From assembly GCA_049967655.1 (NCBI GenBank), contig JBMFSH010000031.1, positions 1-30,731 of the forward strand: a stretch of DNA of 30,731 nucleotides, given 5' to 3'. Shown here piece after piece: positions 1 through 9,302 of this stretch. A model generated the notes under the pieces. The model saw only the letters and a list, made by a program, of their open reading frames with translations. It was not told the DNA's origin and did no database searches. Both the position numbers and the translations under genes were made by a program. Each line of letters starts with the position of its first letter. Position 1 is the stretch's first letter. The DNA is from Acidobacteriota bacterium. Lineage in GTDB: Bacteria > Acidobacteriota > UBA4820 > DSQY01.

Positions 1-1285
<1,285 letters not shown>

Positions 1286-1315
1286 CTCGCCCTCCCGTGG
1301 GCTGCCGTTCGAAAC

Positions 1316-1331
1316 AGCAAGAAGCGTGCCG
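1316..1331 (-). promoter_or_regulatory. sigma54 (-24/-12) promoter of the neuB-like gene
   Basis: Minus strand reads CGGCACG-CTTC-TTGCT (GG-N10-GC), about 30 bp upstream of the ATG at 1285. Confidence 0.65.
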
Positions 1332-1381
1332 CCTATCCGCCCTCCGCTCTACACCCTCCACAGCGCGCCACCCGACTGACA

Positions 1382-3199
1382 CTAGGTGGAAGTGTACTCA
1401 TCCAGCAAGGGGCCGAGCAAGTTTTCGGCGAGCGCCTCCCGCTCGAGGAAGGGGGCCATATCGTGGAGCGGGGCCGAGACGATGCGCCCGTCGGGGAGCT
1501 GTCGCGAACTGGGCCGCGGCTCGAAAGTTTGCCGCGGGTCCAGCACCACGCGCGCCACGCCGGGGCCCGGTGCGTCGAGGAAGGCCTCGGTCTGCCCCTG
1601 AAAGCCCTCTCCCTCGATCTCCACCGCCGGCAGGCCGTAGGCCTCCGCGAGCAGGCGGGGGTCGGGGAAGGAGACACCGCTCTGGGGGCTTTCCCCGATC
1701 AGCTCGCCGAAGAAGTTCTTCTGGGTGGTCCGGATAGAGAGGTAGCCGCCGTTGTCGAGGACGAAGAGCTTGACCGGCAAATGGTGGTGAACGACGGTCT
1801 GGAGCTCCTGCGCGTTCATCTGGAGGCTCCCATCGCCGGCCAGGCAGATGACGCGCTTGCCCCCCCTCGCCACGGCGGCGCCGATGGCGGCGGGCAGGTC
1901 GTAACCCATGGAGGCGCTGCCGGAGTTGGAGAAGAGCCTCTGGCCGCGCTTGAGGGCCGCCGCCTGGAAGGGGACGATGGTAGCCGTAGCGTTGCCGCAG
2001 ACCACCACGTCGTCCTCGGCGAGCAGGCCGAAGAGCGCCTCCACGAAGAAGTAGGGGTTGATGCCCCCTTCGGTGGTCCGCTGGCGAGGCAGGACGGGCG
2101 GATAGCGCATCACCCGCTCGCGGCACCACTGGAGCCAACCGGCGTGGCGTCCGGCGTCCCATGCCGCCGCTTCGAGCTGCCCGTTCATCTCTTCTAGAAA
2201 GCGCTTGGCGTCGCAGGCGATGGCCAGATGAGGCCGCACCGTGGGCTTGGCCAGCTCGGCCCGGTCCGCGTCCACCTGGATCAAGAAGGCGTGGGGCGCG
2301 AAGGCCTGCCAAGCGTAGCTCACCTGGCGGATGTTGAGGCGGCTGCCGATCACCAGGAGGCAGTCGGCGTTCTGCACGGTGAAGTTGCCGGCGCGCGTCC
2401 CAATGGTCCCGGGTCGGCCGCAGTAGAGCGGGTGATCCGAAGGGATCAAGTCGTGCGTCCAGGCGGTGGTAACCGGGATGCGGAGCCTCTCGGCCACGCT
2501 CAGGAAAAGGTCCGCGGCGCCCGCCAGGCGGACACCCGTTCCCGCCATCACAACGGGCCGCTCGGCGGCGGAGAGGCGGTCCAGGGTCTGCCGCACGAGC
2601 TCGGGCAGGCGATCGAGCTCCCAGTCGGGTTGGTCCTCGGAGGGGTCGTAGGGGGCCAGCGCCTCCGGCTCCACCGTGCTTCCCTGCACGTCCATGGGGA
2701 TGTCCAGCCAGCAAGGGCCGGAGCGGCCGCTTCGGCACAGGTGCCAGGCCTTTTCCAACTGATAGCGGATCGCCTCGGGCGCGCGCACGGTGGCCGCGTA
2801 CTTGGTGATGCCCTTCACCATGGAGACGATATCCGCCTCCTGGTCTCCGAGCTGACGCAGACCCGGCACCTCGTGGAAGGCCATGCAGGTTTCGCGCTTG
2901 ACCTGACCCGAGATGACCAGCATGGGGATGGAGTCGGTCCACGCCCCGAAGACGCCGTTGAGGGCGTTGATGCCCCCCGGCCCCGTGGTGACGCTCACGA
3001 CCCCCGGCGTGCCCGTGACGCGCGCGTAGCCCTCCGCCGCCATGGCGCAGGCCTGCTCGTGGTGCTGGCAGATCGGTGTAATCCGCCTCTCCTTCCGCAG
3101 GGAGTCGTTGAGGTGCATGGCCCCCCCGCCCGTCACCAGGAAGACGTGGCGAACGCCTCGATCAGCCAAGAAGGAGAAGACGTAGTCGGAGAGCTTCAT
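1382..3199 (-). CDS. Thiamine-diphosphate-dependent enzyme, acetolactate-synthase-like fold, probably a YerE-type sugar carboligase
   Basis: Likely start is MKLSDYVFSFL (ATG 3199). Motifs HHEQACAMAAEGYAR, TTGPG, SMGYDLPAAIG and the ThDP motif GDGS...NGGY. Lies among sugar genes with no ilvN. Confidence 0.85.
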   Translation of the reverse strand: MKLSDYVFSFLADRGVRHVFLVTGGGAMHLNDSLRKERRITPICQHHEQACAMAAEGYARVTGTPGVVSVTTGPGGINALNGVFGAWTDSIPMLVISGQVKRETCMAFHEVPGLRQLGDQEADIVSMVKGITKYAATVRAPEAIRYQLEKAWHLCRSGRSGPCWLDIPMDVQGSTVEPEALAPYDPSEDQPDWELDRLPELVRQTLDRLSAAERPVVMAGTGVRLAGAADLFLSVAERLRIPVTTAWTHDLIPSDHPLYCGRPGTIGTRAGNFTVQNADCLLVIGSRLNIRQVSYAWQAFAPHAFLIQVDADRAELAKPTVRPHLAIACDAKRFLEEMNGQLEAAAWDAGRHAGWLQWCRERVMRYPPVLPRQRTTEGGINPYFFVEALFGLLAEDDVVVCGNATATIVPFQAAALKRGQRLFSNSGSASMGYDLPAAIGAAVARGGKRVICLAGDGSLQMNAQELQTVVHHHLPVKLFVLDNGGYLSIRTTQKNFFGELIGESPQSGVSFPDPRLLAEAYGLPAVEIEGEGFQGQTEAFLDAPGPGVARVVLDPRQTFEPRPSSRQLPDGRIVSAPLHDMAPFLEREALAENLLGPLLDEYTST

Positions 3200-3266
3200 G
3201 GGAGCCTCGGTAGAGCAACCGAGATGCGAGACGGGAAACGCGTGGCTGGAGGCGCAGAGCCTTCTT

Positions 3267-3336
3267 GTAGGAGGCCTCTCCAGAGGCCGATTGGCCGTTG
3301 TTGCACAAAATGTCGCGCTCTGGAGAGCGCTCCTAC
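3267..3336. repeat. GTAG-type REP doublet (REPIN-like)
   Basis: GTAGGAGGCCTCTCCAGAGGCCGA ... TCGCGCTCTGGAGAGCGCTCCTAC: two inverted hairpin units bounded by GTAG/CTAC. Confidence 0.7.
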
Positions 3337-3433
3337 GTGGAAGGGTGTGGGGGAAGCGAAACACGAGGCGTGTTGCGCAAGGGGTGGCGCCGCTTTCGGC
3401 TTTCCGCTTTCCGAATTCCGCATTTTCCCCATG

Positions 3434-4312
3434 CTATTTGTCCACCAGGAGGAGATCGCGGCGAATGAGATGGCGGTGGTCGGCGTACCAGCCGTAGAGA
3501 GAACGCACCGCGCTTTCCAAGGGCGTGAAGGGGAAGCCCGGCACCTCCGCCTTGAGCCGCCGGTTGTCCCCGCTGTACTCGACGCCCAGACCGGGCTGGG
3601 CGATGCGGATGGGGAGGTCCTTGCCCGAGATGCGGACCACCATCTCGGCCAGGGCCTTCAATTCCACGGCCTCGTCGGGCGTCACGTTGTAGGCGCCTCG
3701 GGCACCCTCGGTCAGCAAGAAATGGCGCACCACTTGCACGAGATCATCCACGTAGATGTAGTCAAAGCGCCGGTTTTGCTGAAGCGTGACGGGCAGGTCG
3801 AAGAGCGTCTTGCAGATGGCATTCGAAATGAAGCGGATCTCCCAGTCCTCGTACTTGCCGAAGACGCCGAAGGGGCGAAGCTCCACCACGTTGTCGAGGC
3901 GCTCGGCGTACCGCGCGCAGAGGTATTTGGAGTAGCCGCTCTCGTCCACCGGCACATGGCTGTCGAAATAGGCCTCCTCCATCTTGCGCCGGTAGTGGCG
4001 CTGGTCGTAGACCAGCCCAGAGGTCAACAGGATCAGCCGCCCGAAGCAGTCCCGCCTGCGGATGAGGTTGAAAAACATGCGGGTATTGGCATCGAGGACG
4101 CCCGTGGGGTCCTTCGCGTTCCGGTGGCCCGGCTTGGTGGCGCAGTGGACCACGGCATCAGGGCGGCGGGCTTCCAAGTACTCGGCCACGGCGCGCTCGT
4201 CCAGAAGGTCCAATTCGGCATGGCGGGGAGCAAGGAGGTCGAAATCGCTGGCGAGCTGCTCGACGAGGTTTTTCCCGATGAATCCGGTGCCCCCCGTTAT
4301 CAGGACCCGCAT
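3434..4312 (-). CDS. NAD(P)-dependent sugar epimerase/reductase (extended SDR)
   Basis: MRVLITGGTGFIG, catalytic YxxxK (YSKY preceded by SGYSK), LRPFGVFG, DYIYVDD. Alternative start at 4321. Confidence 0.88.
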   Translation of the reverse strand: MRVLITGGTGFIGKNLVEQLASDFDLLAPRHAELDLLDERAVAEYLEARRPDAVVHCATKPGHRNAKDPTGVLDANTRMFFNLIRRRDCFGRLILLTSGLVYDQRHYRRKMEEAYFDSHVPVDESGYSKYLCARYAERLDNVVELRPFGVFGKYEDWEIRFISNAICKTLFDLPVTLQQNRRFDYIYVDDLVQVVRHFLLTEGARGAYNVTPDEAVELKALAEMVVRISGKDLPIRIAQPGLGVEYSGDNRRLKAEVPGFPFTPLESAVRSLYGWYADHRHLIRRDLLLVDK

Positions 4313-4328
4313 GCTCGCCATTCGCCAC

Positions 4329-5099
4329 TCATCCCTTGGACATCCAGGGGGCCTTGCCGCTCTCCCACAACGATTCCAGGTACTTCACATCCCTGAGAGT
4401 GTCCATGCACTGCCAGAAACCGTCGTGGCGGTAAGCCACGAGCTGGCCCTCGGCGGCGAGGCGCTCCATGGGCTGGCGCTCCCAGATCATGGCGTCGCCC
4501 TCGATGTAGTCGAGCACCCTCGGTTCGAGCACGAAGAAGCCGCCGCTGATCCAGCCCTCGCCGGCCTGGGGCTTTTCAGCAAAGCGGGAGATGAAGTGGC
4601 CGTCCATGCTGAGGGCGCCGAATCGGGCCGGGGGACGGACCGCGGTGAGGGTAGCCAGCTTGCCGTGGCTCCGGTGAAAAGCGAGAAGGGCGCCCAGGTC
4701 CACGTCGGCCACGCCGTCGCCGTAGGTCATCAGGAAGGTGCCGTCCTGAACCCACGAGGCCACGCGCTTGAGGCGGCCGCCCGTCTCGGTGGAGGGGCCC
4801 GTGTCCACGAGGTGGACGAGCCAATCCTCCCGCTCGCCGTCCTTGACCTCCACCTGGCCCTTGCCCAGGTCGATGCTCAGGCTGCCGCGCAGGTAGTAGT
4901 AGTTAAGGAAGTAGTTCTTGATGAGTTCACCCTTGTAGCCCAGGGCCACCACGAACTCCTTGAAGCCGTGGCGGGCATAGCACCCCATGACGTGCCACAG
5001 CATGGGGCGGCCGCCGATCTCCACCATGGGCTTGGGCTTCAGGGTGGTCTCCTCCTGGAGCCGCGTCCCCAATCCACCCGCGAGGATGACGGTCTTCAT
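4329..5099 (-). CDS. rfbF: Glucose-1-phosphate cytidylyltransferase
   Basis: MKTVILAGGLGTRLQEET..KPKPMVEIGG, TGGRLKR, TYGDGVAD, WISGGFFV, HDGFWQCMDTLRD, APW: the RfbF/DdhA signature. Confidence 0.95.
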   Translation of the reverse strand: MKTVILAGGLGTRLQEETTLKPKPMVEIGGRPMLWHVMGCYARHGFKEFVVALGYKGELIKNYFLNYYYLRGSLSIDLGKGQVEVKDGEREDWLVHLVDTGPSTETGGRLKRVASWVQDGTFLMTYGDGVADVDLGALLAFHRSHGKLATLTAVRPPARFGALSMDGHFISRFAEKPQAGEGWISGGFFVLEPRVLDYIEGDAMIWERQPMERLAAEGQLVAYRHDGFWQCMDTLRDVKYLESLWESGKAPWMSKG

Positions 5100-5179
5100 G
5101 GCGCCATGGGCCTCCCTTCTGCGGCGTCAGTTTTGCACCCGGCCCAGAGGGGAGTCAAGTAAAGAAAGAGCGAAAAGAG

Positions 5180-5665
5180 AGCTGTCGCGACCTGAAGGTC
5201 GCTCGCGCGAAGGACAGTGAGGAGAAAGAAACCATCGTAGCCGACGACGGACCACCGACGGCCGACGGCGGACAGGCGGTGCCGTAGGAGGGACCTCTTG
5301 GTCCCGATTAGTTGGAGGTCGCCGCCTGGAGGCGCCTCCACCATGCGCCCGCATCCCCGTGGGAGGGGATGCCCATCCCCGACCTCGGGTTGGCCTTGGC
5401 TCTGAGCGTTCGGTGCGCCCCTAGGGGCGGTCGTCCCCGGCCGCCTGGGGTGATTCCGGGTGCCGCATCGGTGGCGGGAGGCCACGGAGGGCCTCCCCTA
5501 CACCGGAATCGAGGGCCGATGCCCCTTTCGGTTCGACCGCGAGCATGCGGCCGCACCATCGGTCATCTCGCGATCTTCCGTAGCGGTCGATCGCCGATCG
5601 GCCGGTGAGCGGTGGCCTTCACAGCGGCGGGCGGGGGCGCCCGCCCCACGGGCCTCCCACGCGAA
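5180..5665. repeat. Cluster of GC-rich REP-like hairpins (GTAG/GTGG-headed) and a degenerate 7-mer run
   Basis: Examples: GTAGGAGGGACCTCTTGGTCCCGA (5284), GTGGGAGGGGATGCCCATCCCCGA, GGGAGGCCACGGAGGGCCTCCCCTAC, GTAGCGGTCGATCGCCGATCGGCCG (5580), GCGGGCGGGGGCGCCCGCCCCAC. Confidence 0.65.
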
Positions 5666-5724
5666 TCCCCTCATCACTGAAGAGCTCAATTCTTTCGCCC
5701 CAATACACTGGCACTCAGAATCCC

Positions 5725-5766
5725 TTGCACATGAGCAGTTTCCTTACTATATTCATTATGTAAGGA
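5725..5766 (+). promoter_or_regulatory. sigma70 promoter and overlapping inverted-repeat operator of the TA operon
   Basis: TTGCAC(5725-5730)-N17-TATATT(5748-5753). TCCTTAC-N12-GTAAGGA (5741-5766) brackets the -10 box and overlaps the AGGAG RBS. Confidence 0.75.
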
Positions 5767-5774
5767 GAATCGCT

Positions 5775-6032
5775 ATGGGTACGTCCAGCGTGACGAGCAA
5801 AGGGCAGGTGACCATTCCATCGAAAATTCGTCGTCTTTTGGGCATCAAGCCGGGAGACCGACTGCTCTTTGAGCCCGATGACCAAGGGGTGCGGATTCGT
5901 GTGGTCGCCAAGCACCGGGCCTCCGACTTTCTCGGAGCCTTCCCCACCCACGAGCCCTTCCCCGGCACCCAAGCCATACGGGAAAGCACGGCAAAGTCCC
6001 TCGCCAAGAGGCACAAGGCTTCCAAGCCATGA
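5775..6032 (+). CDS. AbrB/MazE/SpoVT-family DNA-binding antitoxin (VapB-like)
   Basis: MGTSSVTSKGQVTIPSKIRRLLGIKPGDRLLF. AAGGAG RBS. ATGA overlap with the PIN gene. Confidence 0.9.
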   Translation: MGTSSVTSKGQVTIPSKIRRLLGIKPGDRLLFEPDDQGVRIRVVAKHRASDFLGAFPTHEPFPGTQAIRESTAKSLAKRHKASKP

Positions 6033-6430
6033 AAACCGTATGGGTGGACGCCAACGTCCTCCTCAGGCTCTTCACTGGCACTCCGGGGGATCAAGCCGCA
6101 CGGGCGGCGGAGCTGGTCGGCAAGGCCTCCGACGGGCATCTCTGTTTGAGGATCTCACTCATTACGGTGGCGGAAATGGTTTGGGTGCTTCACCGGTTCT
6201 ATCAGGTACCCGTCCCGAAGATCGCCGCTACGCTCTCGGAGTTCCTCTGTTCGGATGGCGTGAGCGTAGAATCCAGGGAGTCTGTTTTGGAAGCCCTTTC
6301 TCTCATGGCTCGCGAAGGGGTGGACTTCGCCGATGCCCTGCTCGCCGTTCAGTGTCACGAATCCAACGAACCCGTTGCCTCTTTCGATGAAGACTTCAAG
6401 CGGCTGGGCGTCCAGCGGTATCCCATCTAG
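6029..6430 (+). CDS. vapC: PIN-domain toxin (VapC family)
   Basis: Acidic PIN residues in VDANV, VAEMVWV, DFADALL and SFDEDF. 133 aa, coupled to the antitoxin. Confidence 0.9.
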   Translation: MKTVWVDANVLLRLFTGTPGDQAARAAELVGKASDGHLCLRISLITVAEMVWVLHRFYQVPVPKIAATLSEFLCSDGVSVESRESVLEALSLMAREGVDFADALLAVQCHESNEPVASFDEDFKRLGVQRYPI

Positions 6431-6431
6431 T

Positions 6432-6457
6432 TTCCATCCGGAAAGTTCGGATGGGAA
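6432..6457 (+). terminator. Hairpin directly after vapC, possible terminator
   Basis: TTCCATCCG-GAAAGTT-CGGATGGGAA immediately after the stop codon; no clear U-tract. Confidence 0.35.
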
Positions 6458-6708
6458 CGGTGGAGGATTGAGAGTGGAGGGTGGAGCACCAGCCCAGCAC
6501 TTGGCTCTGCGTGGCTTCGTTCCCCCTCCACACCTTCGCTCTCCACGGGGAATCGGCTTTTTCGGATGGACACCCTCGAACCAAGGCGTAATTGGGAATG
6601 AAAGGATGGAATGAAGGCCTTCCCAGAAGGCCTGTAGCGGCCGGCTCCCGCCCCACCTCGGTCGCTCCCCTCCTTCACGCACTTCGCGGCTGAAAGCCCT
6701 TCCCACTG

Positions 6709-6802
6709 GCAGTCATCCTGGCAAGCAAATCGCGTCCAGGATCGCCTCGCCTTCGGGGGGACGACGAGATTCCGGACTCCCTTCGGTCGCCGGAATGACT
6801 GC
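6709..6802. repeat. GTCAT-type palindromic repeat doublet
   Basis: GCAGTCATCCTGGCAAGCAAATCGCGTCCAGGATC ... GATTCCGG...CCGGAATGACTGC. The first half recurs at 16582, 19073 and 20972. Confidence 0.7.
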
Positions 6803-6818
6803 AATGGAGGAAGGCGGG

Positions 6819-7451
6819 TTAATGCATCTGGCGGGTTTCGATGCTCGCCACGCGCGCGGCGAGATCTTTAAACCCTGCTTCGAGGAAGGTGATCCGCCGG
6901 TCCAGTTCGGCGTAGGAAAACTTGATGGAGGCGCGCACCTCCTCAAAGTTGGTACGGGTCTCCACGATGAAATCGTCCAGCTTCGTCTCGATGCTATCCA
7001 ACCTGGTCTCCACGCCATCCATCCGGGTGTCCAGGTGGTCTACCTTGATTTCCAGGTGGTCTACCTTGGTTTCCAAGACGTCCATTCGGGTGTCCAGGTG
7101 GTCTACCTTGGTTTCCAAGGCGTCCATCCGGGTGTCCAGGTGGTCTACCTTGGTTTCCAAGACCTCCATCCGGGTGTCCAGGTGGTCTACCTTGGTTTCC
7201 AAGACGTCCATCCGGGTTTCCAGGTGGTCCACCTTGGTTTCCAAGACCTCCATCCGGGTGTCCAGGTGGTCTACCTTGGTTTCCAAGCGGTCCACCTTCG
7301 CGTCCAGGTGGTCTACCTTCTCAACGAGGGCGCCATGACCCTCGGCCAGCAGCCGGATATCTGATCGTACCCCATCCGCGACCACGTCGAAGTGACGGCG
7401 GGTCTCTTCGTTCTCACCCCGGATGAACTCGACCAGCTTCTCCATGTCCAT
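6819..7451 (-). CDS. Hypothetical coiled-coil protein with about 17 near-identical heptads
   Basis: Alternating LETKVDH / LDTRM[ED][VA] heptads between RRHFDVVADGVRSDIRLLAEGH and FSYAELDRRITFLE. GGAGGG RBS. Confidence 0.8.
   Translation of the reverse strand: MDMEKLVEFIRGENEETRRHFDVVADGVRSDIRLLAEGHGALVEKVDHLDAKVDRLETKVDHLDTRMEVLETKVDHLETRMDVLETKVDHLDTRMEVLETKVDHLDTRMDALETKVDHLDTRMDVLETKVDHLEIKVDHLDTRMDGVETRLDSIETKLDDFIVETRTNFEEVRASIKFSYAELDRRITFLEAGFKDLAARVASIETRQMH
7018..7319. repeat. In-frame 21/42-bp tandem repeat
   Basis: Unit approximately TCCATCCGGGTGTCCAGGTGGTCTACCTTGGTTTCCAAGACC, about 5 full copies plus extra 21-bp half-units. Confidence 0.9.
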
Positions 7452-7499
7452 AGGGTTCCCTCCGAAAGGAGTTTAGCGATCCTCCGCCCGTTCGGCAAG

Positions 7500-7800
7500 G
7501 GTGAGACCTTTGTGGCGGCCCATCGGTGATCGACCGATTCCGTTGTGCCCCGGTAGCGGCCAGTTTCTACGGCCGAAAGACCGGCCGCAAGGATGCGGCC
7601 GCTACGGTGAACGATGGCCTTCGAAGCGGCGGGCGGGGGCGCCCGCCCCACGGGGAGATGCCGTGGCGCGGCCGCCCCCCGGCCGCGAACTCCGTGGGGA
7701 CGCCATGGGAGCCGTCGCCTGACGGCGACTTGAGAAGAACCTTCGGCCGCAAGTATGCGGTCCCACCATCGGCCGACACTGCCGGCCGCGATGGGACCTG
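7500..7800. repeat. REP-like hairpin cluster related to those at 5530-5652 and 10976-11050
   Basis: GTAGCGGCC...GCGGCCGCTAC (7553-7605). A 49-bp block at 7606-7654 matches 5604-5652 at 45/49. GTGGCGCGGCCGCCCCCCGGCCGCG also occurs inverted near 16690 and 19180. Confidence 0.75.
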
Positions 7801-7840
7801 GGCTGATGGGCGTTGGGGGGGGCATCGCCGGGTAGAGGTG

Positions 7841-9013
7841 CTACGCGTTGCGGAGGCGCTCCAGCAGGGCACGCGGGTTCACCACCCAGGTACCATCCGG
7901 GAGACGGTAGGCCGCCTGCGTCCTACACACCACGAACCGCTCCATGAGGCGGCCCCTTTCGGCTGCGGCAAGGGCCCTGAGGCCCCCCTCGTCACCGGGC
8001 CCAGGGTGCTCCTTCCATTTGCACTCGGCGGCCCAGATTTCACCGGCGCCCAGCTCGACGACCAGGTCCACCTCTTGGCCGCCAGTGGTACGCCAGTAAT
8101 GGACGGAGACGGATCTCCCCAAATTGGCTCCCTGCCGAAATACTTGGCCGAAGACATAGGCTTCCCAAAAGGCTCCCGCGTAAAGGGAGCGGAAGAGCCC
8201 TTCAGCCGATCGGAACCCGGCCAGGAACGCGGCTAGGCCGTTGTCCAAGAAGACAAGCTTGGGAGCCTTGATGAGCCGCTTGGTACGGTTGCCGAAGTAA
8301 GGTTCGACCAGCGCCAGGATTCCCGACGCCTCCAGGAGGCCCAACCATTTGCGGGCGGTGTTGGGGGACACGCCCGCGTCCCTCGCCAGATCCGAGTAGT
8401 TGAGGACCTGGGCGTTGCGCAGGGCGCAGACGCGCATGAAGCGGTGGAATTCCTGTAAGTCTCCGATCCTCAATACGTTGCGGATATCGCGTTCCAGATA
8501 AGTGGCCACGTAGGAGGGGAACCACAGCTCCGCCTCAGCGCTCCCATACAGCGCCGGATAACCACCCCGGAAGAGGTAGTCGGCCTCGTCGCCTCCGGCT
8601 TCCATAGCCTCCAGCTCGCCCAGGCTCAGGGTGTGGAGATTCAGGACACCACAGCGCCCCGCGAGACTCTCCGAAACGCCCTCCATGAGAGGAAACACCT
8701 GCGATCCCGTCAGAAGATACTGGCCAGGTCTGCGGTCACGATCTACTCGCACCTTCACGTGCCGCAGGAACTCGGGCACGTACTGGATCTCGTCCAGGAT
8801 GAGGGGTGGCGGGTACTCATCCAGAAGCTGCTCAGGGGCCGTCCGAGCCGCCTCGGCATACCCGGGGAAGTCCAGAGTGAGATAGGAGGCGTTGGGGAAG
8901 AGATGCCTCAGCAGGGAGGTCTTCCCCACCTGCCGGGCTCCAGTCACCAGCACCGCCGGGAACTGCTCCGTCATGCGCTGGACCAACGGCTGGCATTCAC
9001 GCGCAATCCACAT
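7841..9013 (-). CDS. AAA_14-family ATPase with DUF4143 / PD-(D/E)xK-like C-terminus
   Basis: Walker A GARQVGKT, Walker B LILDEIQ, LLTGS, GGYP, KAPKLVFLDNG, EVDLVVE...AECK. Start MWIARE at 9013. Confidence 0.9.
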   Translation of the reverse strand: MWIARECQPLVQRMTEQFPAVLVTGARQVGKTSLLRHLFPNASYLTLDFPGYAEAARTAPEQLLDEYPPPLILDEIQYVPEFLRHVKVRVDRDRRPGQYLLTGSQVFPLMEGVSESLAGRCGVLNLHTLSLGELEAMEAGGDEADYLFRGGYPALYGSAEAELWFPSYVATYLERDIRNVLRIGDLQEFHRFMRVCALRNAQVLNYSDLARDAGVSPNTARKWLGLLEASGILALVEPYFGNRTKRLIKAPKLVFLDNGLAAFLAGFRSAEGLFRSLYAGAFWEAYVFGQVFRQGANLGRSVSVHYWRTTGGQEVDLVVELGAGEIWAAECKWKEHPGPGDEGGLRALAAAERGRLMERFVVCRTQAAYRLPDGTWVVNPRALLERLRNA

Positions 9014-9019
9014 GACGAT

Positions 9020-9048
9020 AATATGCACGATGCATGCAAATAATGCAA
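9020..9048 (-). promoter_or_regulatory. sigma70 promoter of the ATPase gene, probably leaderless
   Basis: TTGCAT(9048-9043)-N17-CATATT(9025-9020), 6 nt before the ATG, with no RBS. Confidence 0.55.
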
Positions 9049-9079
9049 CACCGGCATCGCCAGACCCGCGCCAGCATCA

Positions 9080-9212
9080 GTAGCGGCCGGCGGAAGCCGG
9101 CCGTTCGGCCGCCCAGCGGGCGGCCGACCTCTCCACTCTCCACCCTCCACCACCTTCGGCCTCGTCCGCTCATGGGGTATGATGGCCGGGCGGGCTCTGA
9201 TCCCCTTGCCTA
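9080..9212 (+). repeat. Direct repeat copy 1 (REP + CTCCACC heptamers + promoter-like core)
   Basis: Matches 10976-11166, including an identical 40-bp core TGGGGTATGATGGCCGGGCGGGCTCTGATCCCCTTGCCTA (9173-9212 = 11127-11166). Confidence 0.9.
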
Positions 9213-9302
9213 TGAAGAAGATGTGCGGGTTAAGGTGAGAGGCGTGGAAACACGCGTCGCTTTACTGGGCACAGAGCGCTGCTGGTTCCTTAGGGTAGCC
9301 CT

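Noticed and set aside
1382..3199. Housekeeping acetolactate synthase ilvB
   Set aside because: No ilvN/ilvC nearby and the gene sits among nucleotide-sugar genes, so a sugar-modifying role is more likely. The symbol was withheld.
5129..5158. sigma70 promoter for rfbF (TTGACT-N17-CAAAAC, minus strand)
   Set aside because: Good -35 box but poor -10 box; too weak to call.
5460..5774. N-terminal extension of the antitoxin (190-aa ORF)
   Set aside because: It runs through REP repeats. The promoter and RBS place the start at 5775.
7018..7319. CRISPR array
   Set aside because: The units are contiguous with no unique spacers, lie in frame in a coding gene, and there are no cas genes.
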